Origin: an uncultured Bacteriovoracaceae bacterium | GTDB taxonomy: Bacteria > Bdellovibrionota > Bacteriovoracia > Bacteriovoracales > Bacteriovoracaceae | Direction of reading: 5' to 3' | NCBI GenBank assembly: GCA_964012805.1 | Contig: CAXGUD010000009.1 | Coordinates: 49,204-113,203, forward strand | Length of the DNA stretch: 64,000 bases | Shown here: positions 9,073 to 18,811 of the stretch, one piece after another | Numbering within the stretch: the stretch's first letter is position 1 | Layout: every line of letters begins with the position of its first letter | Translations under genes and position numbers: made by a program | Notes under the pieces: model-generated | What the model saw: the letters and a program-made list of their open reading frames with translations, nothing else | Databases searched by the model: none | What the model was told of the DNA's origin: nothing

Positions 9073-10800
9073 TTAGTTTTTTATACTATCAATTCGAAGA
9101 GAAGGGTCTCCTAAAAGGTGATACCATTTTAAATTGTCGATAACTTCTTTTTTAGTGGAGTGCTTTTTAAAAAGCTCCATTTGACCATTAAAAAGTAACT
9201 TCCCCAGGTGAGTACTCTTACCCTTTGCTAAAATCTGGTTAATAATAACTGCCATTTTGGCCGGTGGATGCCAAGATATATCTACACTTCCACCATAATA
9301 CGCAACAGCTCCAATCAAAGAGTCATTCCCTTTTGTCTCATTGAGAAACCTCTCACCTAGTCTATTATCAAAAGAGAAACGTCCGTTCTGGCAGGCAACA
9401 TCAATAATAACTGGTTTAACCTTCCCCTTTCCATCTATGTTTTTCACGTCGTTAGAATGATAACTTCTTGAATGGAGGCTAGGCCAAGTGCTCCCTTCAC
9501 CGTGACCAATATAGTTAAGCCAAATAGCTCCCTTATTTAGTACCTTATTAATGTTTTCTGGAGTTGAATTTATTTTTTCCTGCAGAAACTTATAAGGTCG
9601 CAAACCAAAAGCTTTTTCAAGTGGATTTTGCATATTTTTTAAATATTCTACATCAGTAGGATCATACCCTTCGTCAGATGCAATACCAATTTGCCTCTTA
9701 TAACCAGATTTATTAGCATAAGCTCCTTTCTCAAATTGAATCGTTTTAAGAACTTGTACTTCAAGGTCCTGCAAACTATCGACAACAAATCGACCATAAA
9801 AAACGTCAGGAATGTTATCTCTTAGGCCCCCCATAGTAAAATAATCTAAATCAGAAGGAGTTTTGTCATGAGAGTCTGTTTTAACATAATTTGTCGGCAT
9901 GATTTCTTCATGCCCCAAAAGAAGCGCCCAAGAAAAAGCGTCCCTTTTGTATTCAGAACGAAAAAATGATTTTACATCCTTAGCACTTTGACCAAGGCCC
10001 TCTAAAGATATTAATTTAACTTTAAACCCTTGTTCCTCTTTCCACTTCTTCCACGGCTCAAGAGCTTCAAAAAACCTTTCAGGACCCACAACAACAAATT
10101 TTTTATTTGTAACAGAGTCTACTTCCAATAAATCTTTGACTTCATGAGAGGCCACAATATTTTTTGATTTATCAAAGATAGAAAACTCAATTTTAGGATA
10201 GACAAATAATTCTCTATCCATCCCATCATAACGGGAGGGGTACAGCTTAATTCTAGAGATCTCAATACCTCTAAAATCACCTAGGTAGTCAATTTCATAC
10301 AGCTCATTGAATTCATCCTCATAAGTTTCTCTATCAAGTGGTTCAATTTCATCTCCCTCTTTTAAGCATCTACATGGTAACTTCAAGTTTGGTCTGGGAA
10401 GAATATTCGACACCTTCTTGACGGGGCCTTCACGCACATCCACTATAAAATCTGATGGCCTTCCCTCCATAAAAAGGGCCAAATAAGGAAGTCTTGGCTT
10501 ATTAATTTCATCAGTGTTCTTTAGCCTTGGAAATACCAGGTCGGTAAATTTACCGTCTCCAAGAAATTTATTACTTTTAGAGTCCATTAAATTGGCTGAT
10601 TTAAGAGAAAACCTCACTCTTTTTCCCTTCAAACCACGATTTTCTATATTTGCGATGGTCATTCTATTGGCAATACCACCAGTTTCATTAAAATAAATGG
10701 TCTCGGATAAAGCTGGATTAGAAAAAATTATTAAAAAGGTAAAAACTCGCAAAAAAAGCCTTGAATTAAAATTCTCCATTGGAAAATTCTTTTTTTTCAT
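9073..10800 (-). CDS. Peptidase C25 (gingipain) family cysteine protease with propeptide
   Basis: Signal peptide; PSDLDY, PDVFYGRF, catalytic NYIGHG and VACQNG, terminal LLGDPSL. Confidence 0.85.
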   Translation of the reverse strand: MKKKNFPMENFNSRLFLRVFTFLIIFSNPALSETIYFNETGGIANRMTIANIENRGLKGKRVRFSLKSANLMDSKSNKFLGDGKFTDLVFPRLKNTDEINKPRLPYLALFMEGRPSDFIVDVREGPVKKVSNILPRPNLKLPCRCLKEGDEIEPLDRETYEDEFNELYEIDYLGDFRGIEISRIKLYPSRYDGMDRELFVYPKIEFSIFDKSKNIVASHEVKDLLEVDSVTNKKFVVVGPERFFEALEPWKKWKEEQGFKVKLISLEGLGQSAKDVKSFFRSEYKRDAFSWALLLGHEEIMPTNYVKTDSHDKTPSDLDYFTMGGLRDNIPDVFYGRFVVDSLQDLEVQVLKTIQFEKGAYANKSGYKRQIGIASDEGYDPTDVEYLKNMQNPLEKAFGLRPYKFLQEKINSTPENINKVLNKGAIWLNYIGHGEGSTWPSLHSRSYHSNDVKNIDGKGKVKPVIIDVACQNGRFSFDNRLGERFLNETKGNDSLIGAVAYYGGSVDISWHPPAKMAVIINQILAKGKSTHLGKLLFNGQMELFKKHSTKKEVIDNLKWYHLLGDPSLRIDSIKN

Positions 10801-11053
10801 AAATTGCTCCTTATATGTCTTGATAATTTGAAATGGGCCTAAATCTTTAATTAAAGGCCAAAACTGAAGCCTCCATCGATTTATTGGGTAAAAATAATAA
10901 GAAGCTGTGAACTTTTTTCCTGTGGATGAAAATTTTTCCCCTCAAAATAAAAATCCTCCTTTTTCTAAGGTTTATTTCTCTAAAAATTACGGATGTTTTG
11001 ACTTTTTTGGGTATATTTCATAGGAAAAAGGTCTATATGAACTGAGGTATTGA

Positions 11054-11809
11054 ATGAATCCAAAAAACCTTTTTTCCCTAGGGGAAAATACTCACATTCA
11101 AGGTGATGCCACTTCAAAGGAACCTTACTTTCAAGTTTTAGGGGAAAGAAAGGTGAGTCTTATCCTTGCAGATCCTCCCTACTGTCTTCTCACCAGGAGG
11201 AGAAAAGATGGGAGATTACGGGATCCCAAAAGGGCAAAAATCGAGCATGAAGCCGTTAGGCGATTTGAAAACGGAAAGGAATATACAAAGTTCACTTTAT
11301 CTTGGATGGAAAAAGCAATTTCTTATCTTGAAGAAAGCGGACATTTTATAATTTGGACTAACTTTCTGGGAAAAGCTCCTATAATGAAAGTTGCTGAAGA
11401 TATTGGCCTCTTTTTCCATGGGGAATACACATGGGCAAAATGGTCAAAAGGAGGCAGCGGCAATGAGAGGCTGGCAAGGGCATACGAGGTAGCTCTTATC
11501 TTCGGAAAATATCAGGTCAAAGAATTAAAGGATACCGACAGTTGCCCCCCTCGATTTTGCATTAATAATTATGATGAGGAAAAAGAAGGGCTTAAATGGG
11601 GTAATCATCCTAATCACAAATCCTTTTCTGTTCTTGAGCCTCTGATTCGCTTTTACACAACTCCGGGAGATTGTGTTTTAGACCCCTTCACTGGCTCTGG
11701 GTCAACTCCTGCAGCTTGCTTAAAACTAAAGAGGTCAATAGCTGGAATAGAGCTAAGACCACAATGGGCCGAAATGACACAATTAAGACTGAAGAGCTTT
11801 CAAGGATAA
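11054..11809 (+). CDS. Site-specific DNA methyltransferase (N4-C/N6-A, beta class), orphan
   Basis: Catalytic DPPY near the N-terminus, SAM-binding DPFTGSGST near the C-terminus. Confidence 0.85.
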   Translation: MNPKNLFSLGENTHIQGDATSKEPYFQVLGERKVSLILADPPYCLLTRRRKDGRLRDPKRAKIEHEAVRRFENGKEYTKFTLSWMEKAISYLEESGHFIIWTNFLGKAPIMKVAEDIGLFFHGEYTWAKWSKGGSGNERLARAYEVALIFGKYQVKELKDTDSCPPRFCINNYDEEKEGLKWGNHPNHKSFSVLEPLIRFYTTPGDCVLDPFTGSGSTPAACLKLKRSIAGIELRPQWAEMTQLRLKSFQG

Positions 11810-12095
11810 CAATAAAATTTATTGAACTTTCAAAAAGGGTAAAAGAAAATCCCTTAAACCCTGCTCTATTATGAGCTTTTTCCAAAGATTTTGCCTTAAA
11901 GGCCCATAATTATGGCAATTTCATATTGTAAAGGTATGAAAAACAGAGTAACTTCATCCTACCTTTTTGGGGACTGTTTGAGATTTTGGATAAATAGTCT
12001 AGAATCAAGAGTTGATAAAATAAGGGGACTCCTTTTTAGAGTCCTGCATTAAGTGATAATTTATAACTAAAAAAACAATAAAAGGAAGAGAGTAC

Positions 12096-12323
12096 ATGAG
12101 TTCAGAATCAGCTATTAAGGTTGTCATTGATGGAAGCCGTTTTGGTGTAGAAGGGTCTTTAAAGAAGTTTAAAAGGCTCTGTGAAGCTGCTGGAGTACTC
12201 AAAGAGTATAGAAAAAGAAAAGAATTCAAAAAGCCTTCTGTTAGAAAAAAAGAAAAAGTTGAAGCTGCGAACAAAAGAAAAGCCAAAGACAAGGCCAAAG
12301 CAAAAAGAAATACCAAAATTTAA
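12096..12323 (+). CDS. rpsU: 30S ribosomal protein S21
   Basis: LKKFKRLCEAAGVLKEYRKRKEFKKPS motif. Confidence 0.9.
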   Translation: MSSESAIKVVIDGSRFGVEGSLKKFKRLCEAAGVLKEYRKRKEFKKPSVRKKEKVEAANKRKAKDKAKAKRNTKI

Positions 12324-12372
12324 GAATTTCTTAAATAATCAATAAAATAAACGTTTAAAAGGGTTCGAATTA

Positions 12373-12957
12373 ATGGGCCTCCTGTTTGTTATGCCTGTTT
12401 CGGAAAAAGAAACTGATAGAGTTTCGATTTCCGACAACGGGAAATCCTCCTCGAAAATTACACTTAAATCTTATGGGCTTCCTCTGATTTTCTGGGGCTA
12501 CTGTCTCGGAATCTTAGTCACACTCTTTATTATGTACACGGCTGCTTCAAAACCTCTGATTAAACTTGGGAACAATGGGGATATTTACAGCCTTTTAATT
12601 TATTACGCTGTATGGCTAACCTTTTCTGCGATTCCTCTAGTTCTTGTTGTTGCGCTTTTTTATGAAAAGTCCTTTATAAAGTCTGACCTGTCTCTTTCTA
12701 TAAAGCATAAAGTCATGGGGATCCCATTATTTTGGAAAAACATAACCCTAAGAAGCAAAGACTCTTTTATTGTTGAGCATTATATGGACACCCCCAACGT
12801 CGCCAGGAAAAAGCAGGTGGAAAAGCTCAGAGCATTTCAAAATCAAGGCCACTTCGTGCTCAAGGCCCATTTAGAAAATGATAAATTTCTCTTGATTGAT
12901 AGACATAGTAGGAGGGCCGACTTGAAAAAGATCGCGGCCCTTTTGTCAAAGTATTAA
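12373..12957 (+). CDS. Hypothetical membrane protein with 2 TM helices
   Basis: 194-aa ORF with two hydrophobic helices. Confidence 0.7.
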   Translation: MGLLFVMPVSEKETDRVSISDNGKSSSKITLKSYGLPLIFWGYCLGILVTLFIMYTAASKPLIKLGNNGDIYSLLIYYAVWLTFSAIPLVLVVALFYEKSFIKSDLSLSIKHKVMGIPLFWKNITLRSKDSFIVEHYMDTPNVARKKQVEKLRAFQNQGHFVLKAHLENDKFLLIDRHSRRADLKKIAALLSKY

Positions 12958-12988
12958 AAGAAGACAACTCTTTAGGTCTTTTTTCTTT

Positions 12989-13729
12989 TTATTTTTTCTT
13001 TAAAGGCTTGTTGAATTTTTTTGAATCAGAAGGCCGGCTTTTCGAATAACTCTTACCTTGAGAACCATTAATCCTTCTTTGGTTTGAGGTTTTGCGGTCC
13101 CTATTTGTTTCTGTGTGCCTACCACTATCTGGAGTCTCGTTCCTCTTTGGCTCATCGGAACCTTCCAGGTCGTCAGTTTTAAAACCTTTTGGCCTACGGT
13201 ATCCACCAGAAGAAACTTTAGAAAGAAGTGAAACTTCATCTTCTGTTACTTCTTTATTCTCATCCCAAGTTCGAAACCATTTCTTCTTATTCTCAGTTCT
13301 TTTCTGAGCTGACTCTGTTCGTCTCTGCTCCTTAGTCTCGTCTATACTCGTATTTTTTCTAACCCTTGTTGAAGGTTTCTTAAAGCCGCCCTTTTTCATT
13401 TTGTTTCTAAGTGCCTCGTTATCTTTTTTCTTATCATGCTCAGAGAGGTCGAGAATGACGATTTCATCACCACAAATCTTAGTCTGGCAAGAAAGCCTCT
13501 CTTTGGTAATATGAAAGACATTACCTAAAAGCTGCACTTCTTCAAAAGGAGGAGTTGTAAGAGCATCTTCTCCAGCTATCACTTTTACCCGACAATCTGT
13601 ACAACTAGCGACACCTCCACAACTAGACTTTATATACACTCCCTTCTCTTTTAAGGCCTCAAGAATAGATTTATCCTCATCTATTTCAAACTCCTGGCCA
13701 GAAGGCTTCAGCATTACTTTTTTGGTCAT
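12989..13729 (-). CDS. 2Fe-2S ferredoxin domain protein with long basic C-terminal tail
   Basis: SSCGGVASCTDC...RLSCQ; start moved to ATG 13729 (GGGGGA RBS). Confidence 0.8.
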   Translation of the reverse strand: MTKKVMLKPSGQEFEIDEDKSILEALKEKGVYIKSSCGGVASCTDCRVKVIAGEDALTTPPFEEVQLLGNVFHITKERLSCQTKICGDEIVILDLSEHDKKKDNEALRNKMKKGGFKKPSTRVRKNTSIDETKEQRRTESAQKRTENKKKWFRTWDENKEVTEDEVSLLSKVSSGGYRRPKGFKTDDLEGSDEPKRNETPDSGRHTETNRDRKTSNQRRINGSQGKSYSKSRPSDSKKFNKPLKKK

Positions 13730-13774
13730 AGAGTTTCCCCCTAACAATGATATCTTTGATATCTTATTTAAAAA

Positions 13775-14059
13775 CTACAACAAGTTCCTAAGTCCATCTT
13801 CTAGGCCCTTAGAAATCTTTGAACTCAAAGGTTTAAGCAAAAAGGAAAGAGATATTTCAACCACACATCGATCCTCTTGGAAGATAAAAGAAGCTTTAAA
13901 CCCTTTCCCAGTCCCCTCTATAAAACCTTTTTCTTTATCAAACTCAATTTTTATCTTTAGCTTAAATTGGGATAAGAAGCTTGGATCTATTTTTTCTTTA
14001 ACAAGATCAAAAGCCTCATCACCGTTATTTGCGACTTGATAAGGTATCTCCAACTTCAC
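13775..14059 (-). CDS. Polyhydroxyalkanoic acid system (PHA_gran_rgn)-like small protein
   Basis: 94 aa; GTGKGF...VVEISLSFLLKPLSSKI pattern. Confidence 0.6.
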   Translation of the reverse strand: MKLEIPYQVANNGDEAFDLVKEKIDPSFLSQFKLKIKIEFDKEKGFIEGTGKGFKASFIFQEDRCVVEISLSFLLKPLSSKISKGLEDGLRNLL

Positions 14060-14073
14060 TTATTCTCCCATTT

Positions 14074-14541
14074 TTAAAGGTGACCTGTGGAACCAAATCC
14101 TCTCGTACCTCTTTCTGTCTGACTCAATTCACCATCCCACACTTTAAACTCTGCTCTCCAAACAGGCGCGAGAACAATTTGTGCGACTCTTTCACCATGA
14201 GCTATAACTTCTTCATTAGTACCGAGGTTACCCAAAATAACCTTCAGCTCTCCACGATAATCCGAGTCAATCGTCCCAGGTGAGTTTAAAACCATCAGGC
14301 TTGTTTTAAAGGAAAGGCCCGACCTAGGCCTTACTTGAACTTCATAACCCTCTGGAATTTCTAATGATAGACCAGTTGGCAAAAGAGCTTTTTCTCCAGG
14401 TGCTAGAGTCAAAGACTCTTTATCAGGAAAGGAAACTCTCAAATCAGCTCCAGCAGCTTGCAAACTTTCATAAGCCGGAAGACAAAAGCTAGAATCAAAG
14501 TGACTCAGCTTTTTAACTTTTACGACAACTGACCTTTCCAT
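14074..14541 (-). CDS. dut: dUTP diphosphatase
   Basis: AAGADL, QVRPRSGL, GTIDSDYRGE, RGTRGFGSTG; start at ATG 14541 after AAGGAG. Confidence 0.95.
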   Translation of the reverse strand: MERSVVVKVKKLSHFDSSFCLPAYESLQAAGADLRVSFPDKESLTLAPGEKALLPTGLSLEIPEGYEVQVRPRSGLSFKTSLMVLNSPGTIDSDYRGELKVILGNLGTNEEVIAHGERVAQIVLAPVWRAEFKVWDGELSQTERGTRGFGSTGHL

Positions 14542-14566
14542 AAATTGCTTATCTCCTTTAAAATGC

Positions 14567-14597
14567 AAAAAGGCGGCCCTGACAAAGCCGCCTTTTT
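14567..14597 (-). terminator. Rho-independent terminator after pnp
   Basis: AAAAAGGCGGC-CCTGACAAA-GCCGCCTTTTT hairpin with A/T tracts. Confidence 0.75.
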
Positions 14598-14634
14598 ATG
14601 CTCCAATTAAGGAATTTTTCAAACCTATTTTAAT

Positions 14635-16758
14635 TTAGCTTTTTTTACCAAGCGGCTTAACAGCTTTGGCAGAAAGCTTAATTTTTCCCATTCTATCGAC
14701 ATCTAGGACTTTAACCTCTACCTCGTCTCCTTCACTCAAGTATTCATGAATGTCGTTGACTCTTTCATTAGCAACTTCTGAAATATGAACAAGTCCCGAA
14801 ACTCCTGGAACAATATCGACAAAAGCACCATATTCTTTAAGAGTGATAACTTTCCCAAGGTAATCTTTACCGATTTCAGGTCCTTTAATCTGAAGTTCTA
14901 TACAGCTTTGACAATCACTTAAAACATTATCATCTAGCCCAAGAACCTTCACAGTTCCATCCTCTTCGCACTCAAGAGTTACATCAAATTTTTCTTGGAC
15001 TGCTTTAATATTTTTCCCACCAGGTCCAATTAAAGCACCAATTTTATCTTGGGGTATTTTGAAAGAAACCATACGAGGCACGCCATCTTTGAAGTTTGCT
15101 CTGTGCTTGGAAATCGTTTTGGCCATCTCACCCAATATGTGATTTCTTCCATTCTTGGCCTTATCGAGGGCCTCCACGAAAATTTCTTTAGAAATCCCTT
15201 CAATCTTAATATCCATCTGAATCGCAGTGATTCCTTTCGTTGTTCCTGCGACTTTAAAGTCCATATCTCCAAGGTGGTCTTCATCACCTAAGATATCAGT
15301 TAAAACTTTATAATCATCTCCTTCCTTAATAAGCCCCATAGCAATACCACCTACAGGCTCTTTCAGAGGAACACCAGCATCCATAAGGGCCATAGAACCA
15401 GAACATACAGAACCCATAGAAGAAGAACCATTTGACTCTAGAACTTCACAAGCAACTCTCATTGTATAACCAAAGTCGTCTTTGCTAGGTAAAACAGCTT
15501 TTAGAGCTCTTTCGGCAAGGTTTCCATGACCTAGTTCGCGTCTAGAAACGCTAAACTTTCCTCTTGCTTCACCAACTGAAAAAGGAGGGAAATTATAGTG
15601 AAGGTAGAAACGGTCAAAGTTTTGGCCTGAAATCCGATCTGTCATTTGCTCGCCTTTCACCCCCCCAACAGTGACGGTAGAAAGAACTTGAGTTTCACCT
15701 CTAGTAAAGAGGCCAGAGCCGTGAGGAGTCTCCAAAATGTTAACTTCAGTTTCGATTTGACGAACTTCATCTAATCCACGGCCAGCAATCCTTTTTTCTT
15801 CCTTCATGATATCATTTCTCATCATGTGATACAGAAGCTCATCAACAACACTATAGGCTTCTTTACCGAAAGAAGCATCAGCAGAAAGTCCAAAAGACTC
15901 TGGGTCTTTCTCAATAGTTTCTGCGACTTTCTTTTCAAGAACTTTTACAGCTTTTTGTCTTTCAAGCTTTGGAACAATATCTAAAACGCTTCTAGCGTCT
16001 GAAGAAAAGTCTTCTTTTACCTTATTAAAGAAAGTCTCATTAGGTTGAGCCGATACAAACTCTCTCTTAGCTACACCGACTTCTTCTCTCATCTTCTCCA
16101 TAACATCACAAGCAGCTCTGATATGCTCATGAGCAAACTCTATGGCCTCCATCATTTCGCTTTCAGAAATCTCAGTTGCTTCTCCTTCAACCATTAAAAT
16201 TGCATCTTTAGAAGCAGATACGGCTAACTCTAGATCTGATTTCTCCCATTCAGCATGACTTGGATTTAAAACAAGCTTACCGTCAATTCGGCCAACCTTG
16301 GCAGTACTTACAGGGCCACCAAAAGGTATATCTGAAATGCAAAGAGCTGCAGAAGCTCCCATTCCAGCTAAAACCTCAGCATCACCATTTTCACCATAAG
16401 ATAGGACAGTTGCTGCAATAATCGTTTCAAACATATATCCTTTTGGAAACAAAGGCCTTAGGGGTCTATCTATTAAACGAGCATTCAGAGTCTCACCAAC
16501 ACTTGGTTTAGCCTCTCGCTTGATAAAACCACCAAGAAACTTTCCAGCAGCATAAAATTTTTCAACATAGTCTACGGTCAGAGGAAAGAAGTCCTGACCA
16601 TCCTTCATTTCTCTTGAAGAACATGCTGTAACAAGGACTTGAGTCCCATTACAGGAAATAAGAACAGAACCATCAGCCTGTTTTGCTAAACGACCTGTTT
16701 CAATGACAACATTCTTCCCTCCGTAGTCAAACGAGTATTCTTTTTTATTTTCATTCAT
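14635..16758 (-). CDS. pnp: Polyribonucleotide nucleotidyltransferase (PNPase)
   Basis: ETGRLAKQADG, FTRGETQ, DMDFKVAGT, KH and S1 domains. Confidence 0.97.
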   Translation of the reverse strand: MNENKKEYSFDYGGKNVVIETGRLAKQADGSVLISCNGTQVLVTACSSREMKDGQDFFPLTVDYVEKFYAAGKFLGGFIKREAKPSVGETLNARLIDRPLRPLFPKGYMFETIIAATVLSYGENGDAEVLAGMGASAALCISDIPFGGPVSTAKVGRIDGKLVLNPSHAEWEKSDLELAVSASKDAILMVEGEATEISESEMMEAIEFAHEHIRAACDVMEKMREEVGVAKREFVSAQPNETFFNKVKEDFSSDARSVLDIVPKLERQKAVKVLEKKVAETIEKDPESFGLSADASFGKEAYSVVDELLYHMMRNDIMKEEKRIAGRGLDEVRQIETEVNILETPHGSGLFTRGETQVLSTVTVGGVKGEQMTDRISGQNFDRFYLHYNFPPFSVGEARGKFSVSRRELGHGNLAERALKAVLPSKDDFGYTMRVACEVLESNGSSSMGSVCSGSMALMDAGVPLKEPVGGIAMGLIKEGDDYKVLTDILGDEDHLGDMDFKVAGTTKGITAIQMDIKIEGISKEIFVEALDKAKNGRNHILGEMAKTISKHRANFKDGVPRMVSFKIPQDKIGALIGPGGKNIKAVQEKFDVTLECEEDGTVKVLGLDDNVLSDCQSCIELQIKGPEIGKDYLGKVITLKEYGAFVDIVPGVSGLVHISEVANERVNDIHEYLSEGDEVEVKVLDVDRMGKIKLSAKAVKPLGKKS

Positions 16759-16910
16759 AGAAAAAATCTCCACTATTCAAAGTTACAACTCCCTCAATTA
16801 AATTACGTAGACCTAGACCTAGCTATACAAACTAAGAGAGTTTTTTATTTATTAAACTAATTTTCACTTCTAAAAGCGATTCAACAAAATCTGGAAAACC
16901 TAAGATGACC

Positions 16911-17078
16911 TGAGCTTTCTAAGCTTGCAAGAGTTATAAAAGTTCAGAAAGCTGTAGAGAGGAATTTAAAAGATATTTCAAAAAAGCTAGCCACACTACC
17001 ATTTTTTCAAATATCCCTTATATTCTCTCTCCCTACAATTTTTATTAACTCTTAAACTTTTGAAATCTAAAAAACTCA
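16911..17078 (-). promoter_or_regulatory. Long imperfect RNA hairpin in the pnp leader (candidate RNase III site)
   Basis: Nested complementary blocks AAGAGTTA/TAACTCTT, TGTAG/CTACA, GATATTT/AAATATC, A6/T6; G-U pairs favour the minus strand. Confidence 0.6.
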
Positions 17079-17093
17079 AGCCTCACGGCTCCT

Positions 17094-17126
17094 AAAAAAA
17101 AAGGGAGTTCTAAAACTCCCTTTTTT
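17094..17126 (-). terminator. Rho-independent terminator after rpsO
   Basis: AAAAAAGGGAGTT-CTAA-AACTCCCTTTTTT. Confidence 0.8.
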
Positions 17127-17139
17127 ATAATCTCAAATG

Positions 17140-17406
17140 TTATTTTCTCAAACCTAATGCTTTAATTAAGTCGGTATACTCTGCCGGCTTCTTTCTCGAC
17201 AAATAATTGAGGAGCGACTTTCTTTTCCCAATCATCTTAAGCAAACCTCTATTGGAATGATAATCATGGCGGTTTTCCTTAAAGTGAACCTTCAAGTTCT
17301 CAATTCTTCTTGTCAGAATTGCTACCTGAGACTGAACACAACCAGTATCATTCTCATTTTTTCCAAATTGACTAATAATTTCTTTTTTTTCTTCTGCAGT
17401 AATCAT
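17140..17406 (-). CDS. rpsO: 30S ribosomal protein S15
   Basis: NDTG..QVAILT, HDYHSNRGL, LGLRK; 88 aa from ATG 17406; lies upstream of pnp as usual. Confidence 0.95.
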   Translation of the reverse strand: MITAEEKKEIISQFGKNENDTGCVQSQVAILTRRIENLKVHFKENRHDYHSNRGLLKMIGKRKSLLNYLSRKKPAEYTDLIKALGLRK

Positions 17407-17486
17407 CACTGTCCCCTTTAACTTACAAAATCTCCAAGCTCTTACAAAACCCGAAAATATGCGCATATACTAACAATTACCGATTC

Positions 17487-18692
17487 TTATCGAATAAACT
17501 TTGACATGTAAACCCTTAAATTCTTCAAGAGCCTTTCCTCAATTTGGCGGATTCTCTCCCTAGAAACCCCATAGGAGTTGGCAAGGGTCTGCAGGGAAGG
17601 TGGTACTTCCTCAAGTAGCCGTTTTTTAAAGATTTCTAAGTCTCTGGGCTTTAACGTTTCCAAAAAACCCCCCAAATTTTCTTTGAGAAGGTCTACCTCC
17701 TGACTAGCCGCAACAATACTTTCTAAGCCTCCGTCATACTTAGAGTCAACAAGGTTATCTCCTAAAGTTCCCTTTTCTGAGTCTTCAAAAAGAGGCTTAT
17801 CAATACTAACTTCCCCACCTTGCTCACCAAGTCTTTGATCCATAACAACGACGGCTTTTTCGGAAACACCTAGGTTTTCTGAGAGAGTTTTTGTATCAGG
17901 GTCTATCCCCATACTCAAAAGCCGATTCTTTTCTTTCATAAGATTATAAAAAAGCTTTTTTTGTTCGTTTGTTGTTCCAATCTTTATGAGGCGAAAGTTA
18001 TCTAAAATAAACTTAAGGATGTAAGATCGAATCCACCAGCTAGCATAGTAAGACAGTTTTGCACCTTTAGAGCGGTCATATTTTGAAACCGCTTTCATGA
18101 GACCGATATTTCCTTCCTGAATTAAGTCCATTACATTCTGATGAGCAGATCGATACTCCATGGCAATTTTAACAACTAACCTTAAATTGGCCAAAACCAA
18201 TTTTCGTGCTATTTCAATATCACCCGTTTCTTCTAAGGCTTTTGTTAAAGCTTGTTCTTGTTCTAAAGAAAGAAGGTCATAACGGTTAATCTCTCTTATA
18301 TAGACGGTTAGAGGGTCGCTAACCTTATCCGGTTCATAAAGGGTGACTTCTTTAGAGGAAGAGAGGTCCTTTTTAGAGCCCAATTCCTTTAAAGCCTCAT
18401 CTGAACTTTGATGCTTAGAGGGATCAATGACCTCGACTACGACATCATCATTTGACTTCTTTTCCCCTGAAGGGCTATAAATATTTTTTATTGAATCAAC
18501 ATTCGCTTTAAGAACTTTGCTCTTATCATTGGACACTTCAATAATTTTATCAACCTTGGAAGGAGCCTTGGACTTGCCCTTTTTAGCAGAACGAGAATAG
18601 GCTTTCTTTTTACCCTCTGATGAACTTTTAGAATTCTTTTCCCTCATTGATCTTTTGCTTTTCCCATAAATATTTGGATAAACTCTTAGCAT
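17487..18692 (-). CDS. RNA polymerase sigma factor, sigma-70 family, RpoH/sigma-32-like
   Basis: NLRLVVKIAMEY, DLIQEGNIGLMKAV, RpoH-box-like QKKLFYNL, GVSRERIRQIE; start may be 18647. Confidence 0.85.
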   Translation of the reverse strand: MLRVYPNIYGKSKRSMREKNSKSSSEGKKKAYSRSAKKGKSKAPSKVDKIIEVSNDKSKVLKANVDSIKNIYSPSGEKKSNDDVVVEVIDPSKHQSSDEALKELGSKKDLSSSKEVTLYEPDKVSDPLTVYIREINRYDLLSLEQEQALTKALEETGDIEIARKLVLANLRLVVKIAMEYRSAHQNVMDLIQEGNIGLMKAVSKYDRSKGAKLSYYASWWIRSYILKFILDNFRLIKIGTTNEQKKLFYNLMKEKNRLLSMGIDPDTKTLSENLGVSEKAVVVMDQRLGEQGGEVSIDKPLFEDSEKGTLGDNLVDSKYDGGLESIVAASQEVDLLKENLGGFLETLKPRDLEIFKKRLLEEVPPSLQTLANSYGVSRERIRQIEERLLKNLRVYMSKFIR

Positions 18693-18811
18693 TTAAGCCA
18701 TAAAATATAGCCTAATCAGCCCAAGATAACACAATTTTAAAAAAAGAACATCATGAGTGGGAATTTTACACTTCAAAAATATTTTTAAACACTAAACAAT
18801 TTGAAATTGGC

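Noticed and set aside
12361..12370. GGTTCGAAT, resembling a tRNA T-loop
   Set aside because: No cloverleaf; only 49 nt separate the flanking genes
16808..16822. TAGACC tandem repeat, and the CTTACAAAA direct repeat at 17422/17441 in the rpsO leader
   Set aside because: Too short to distinguish from chance without comparative data
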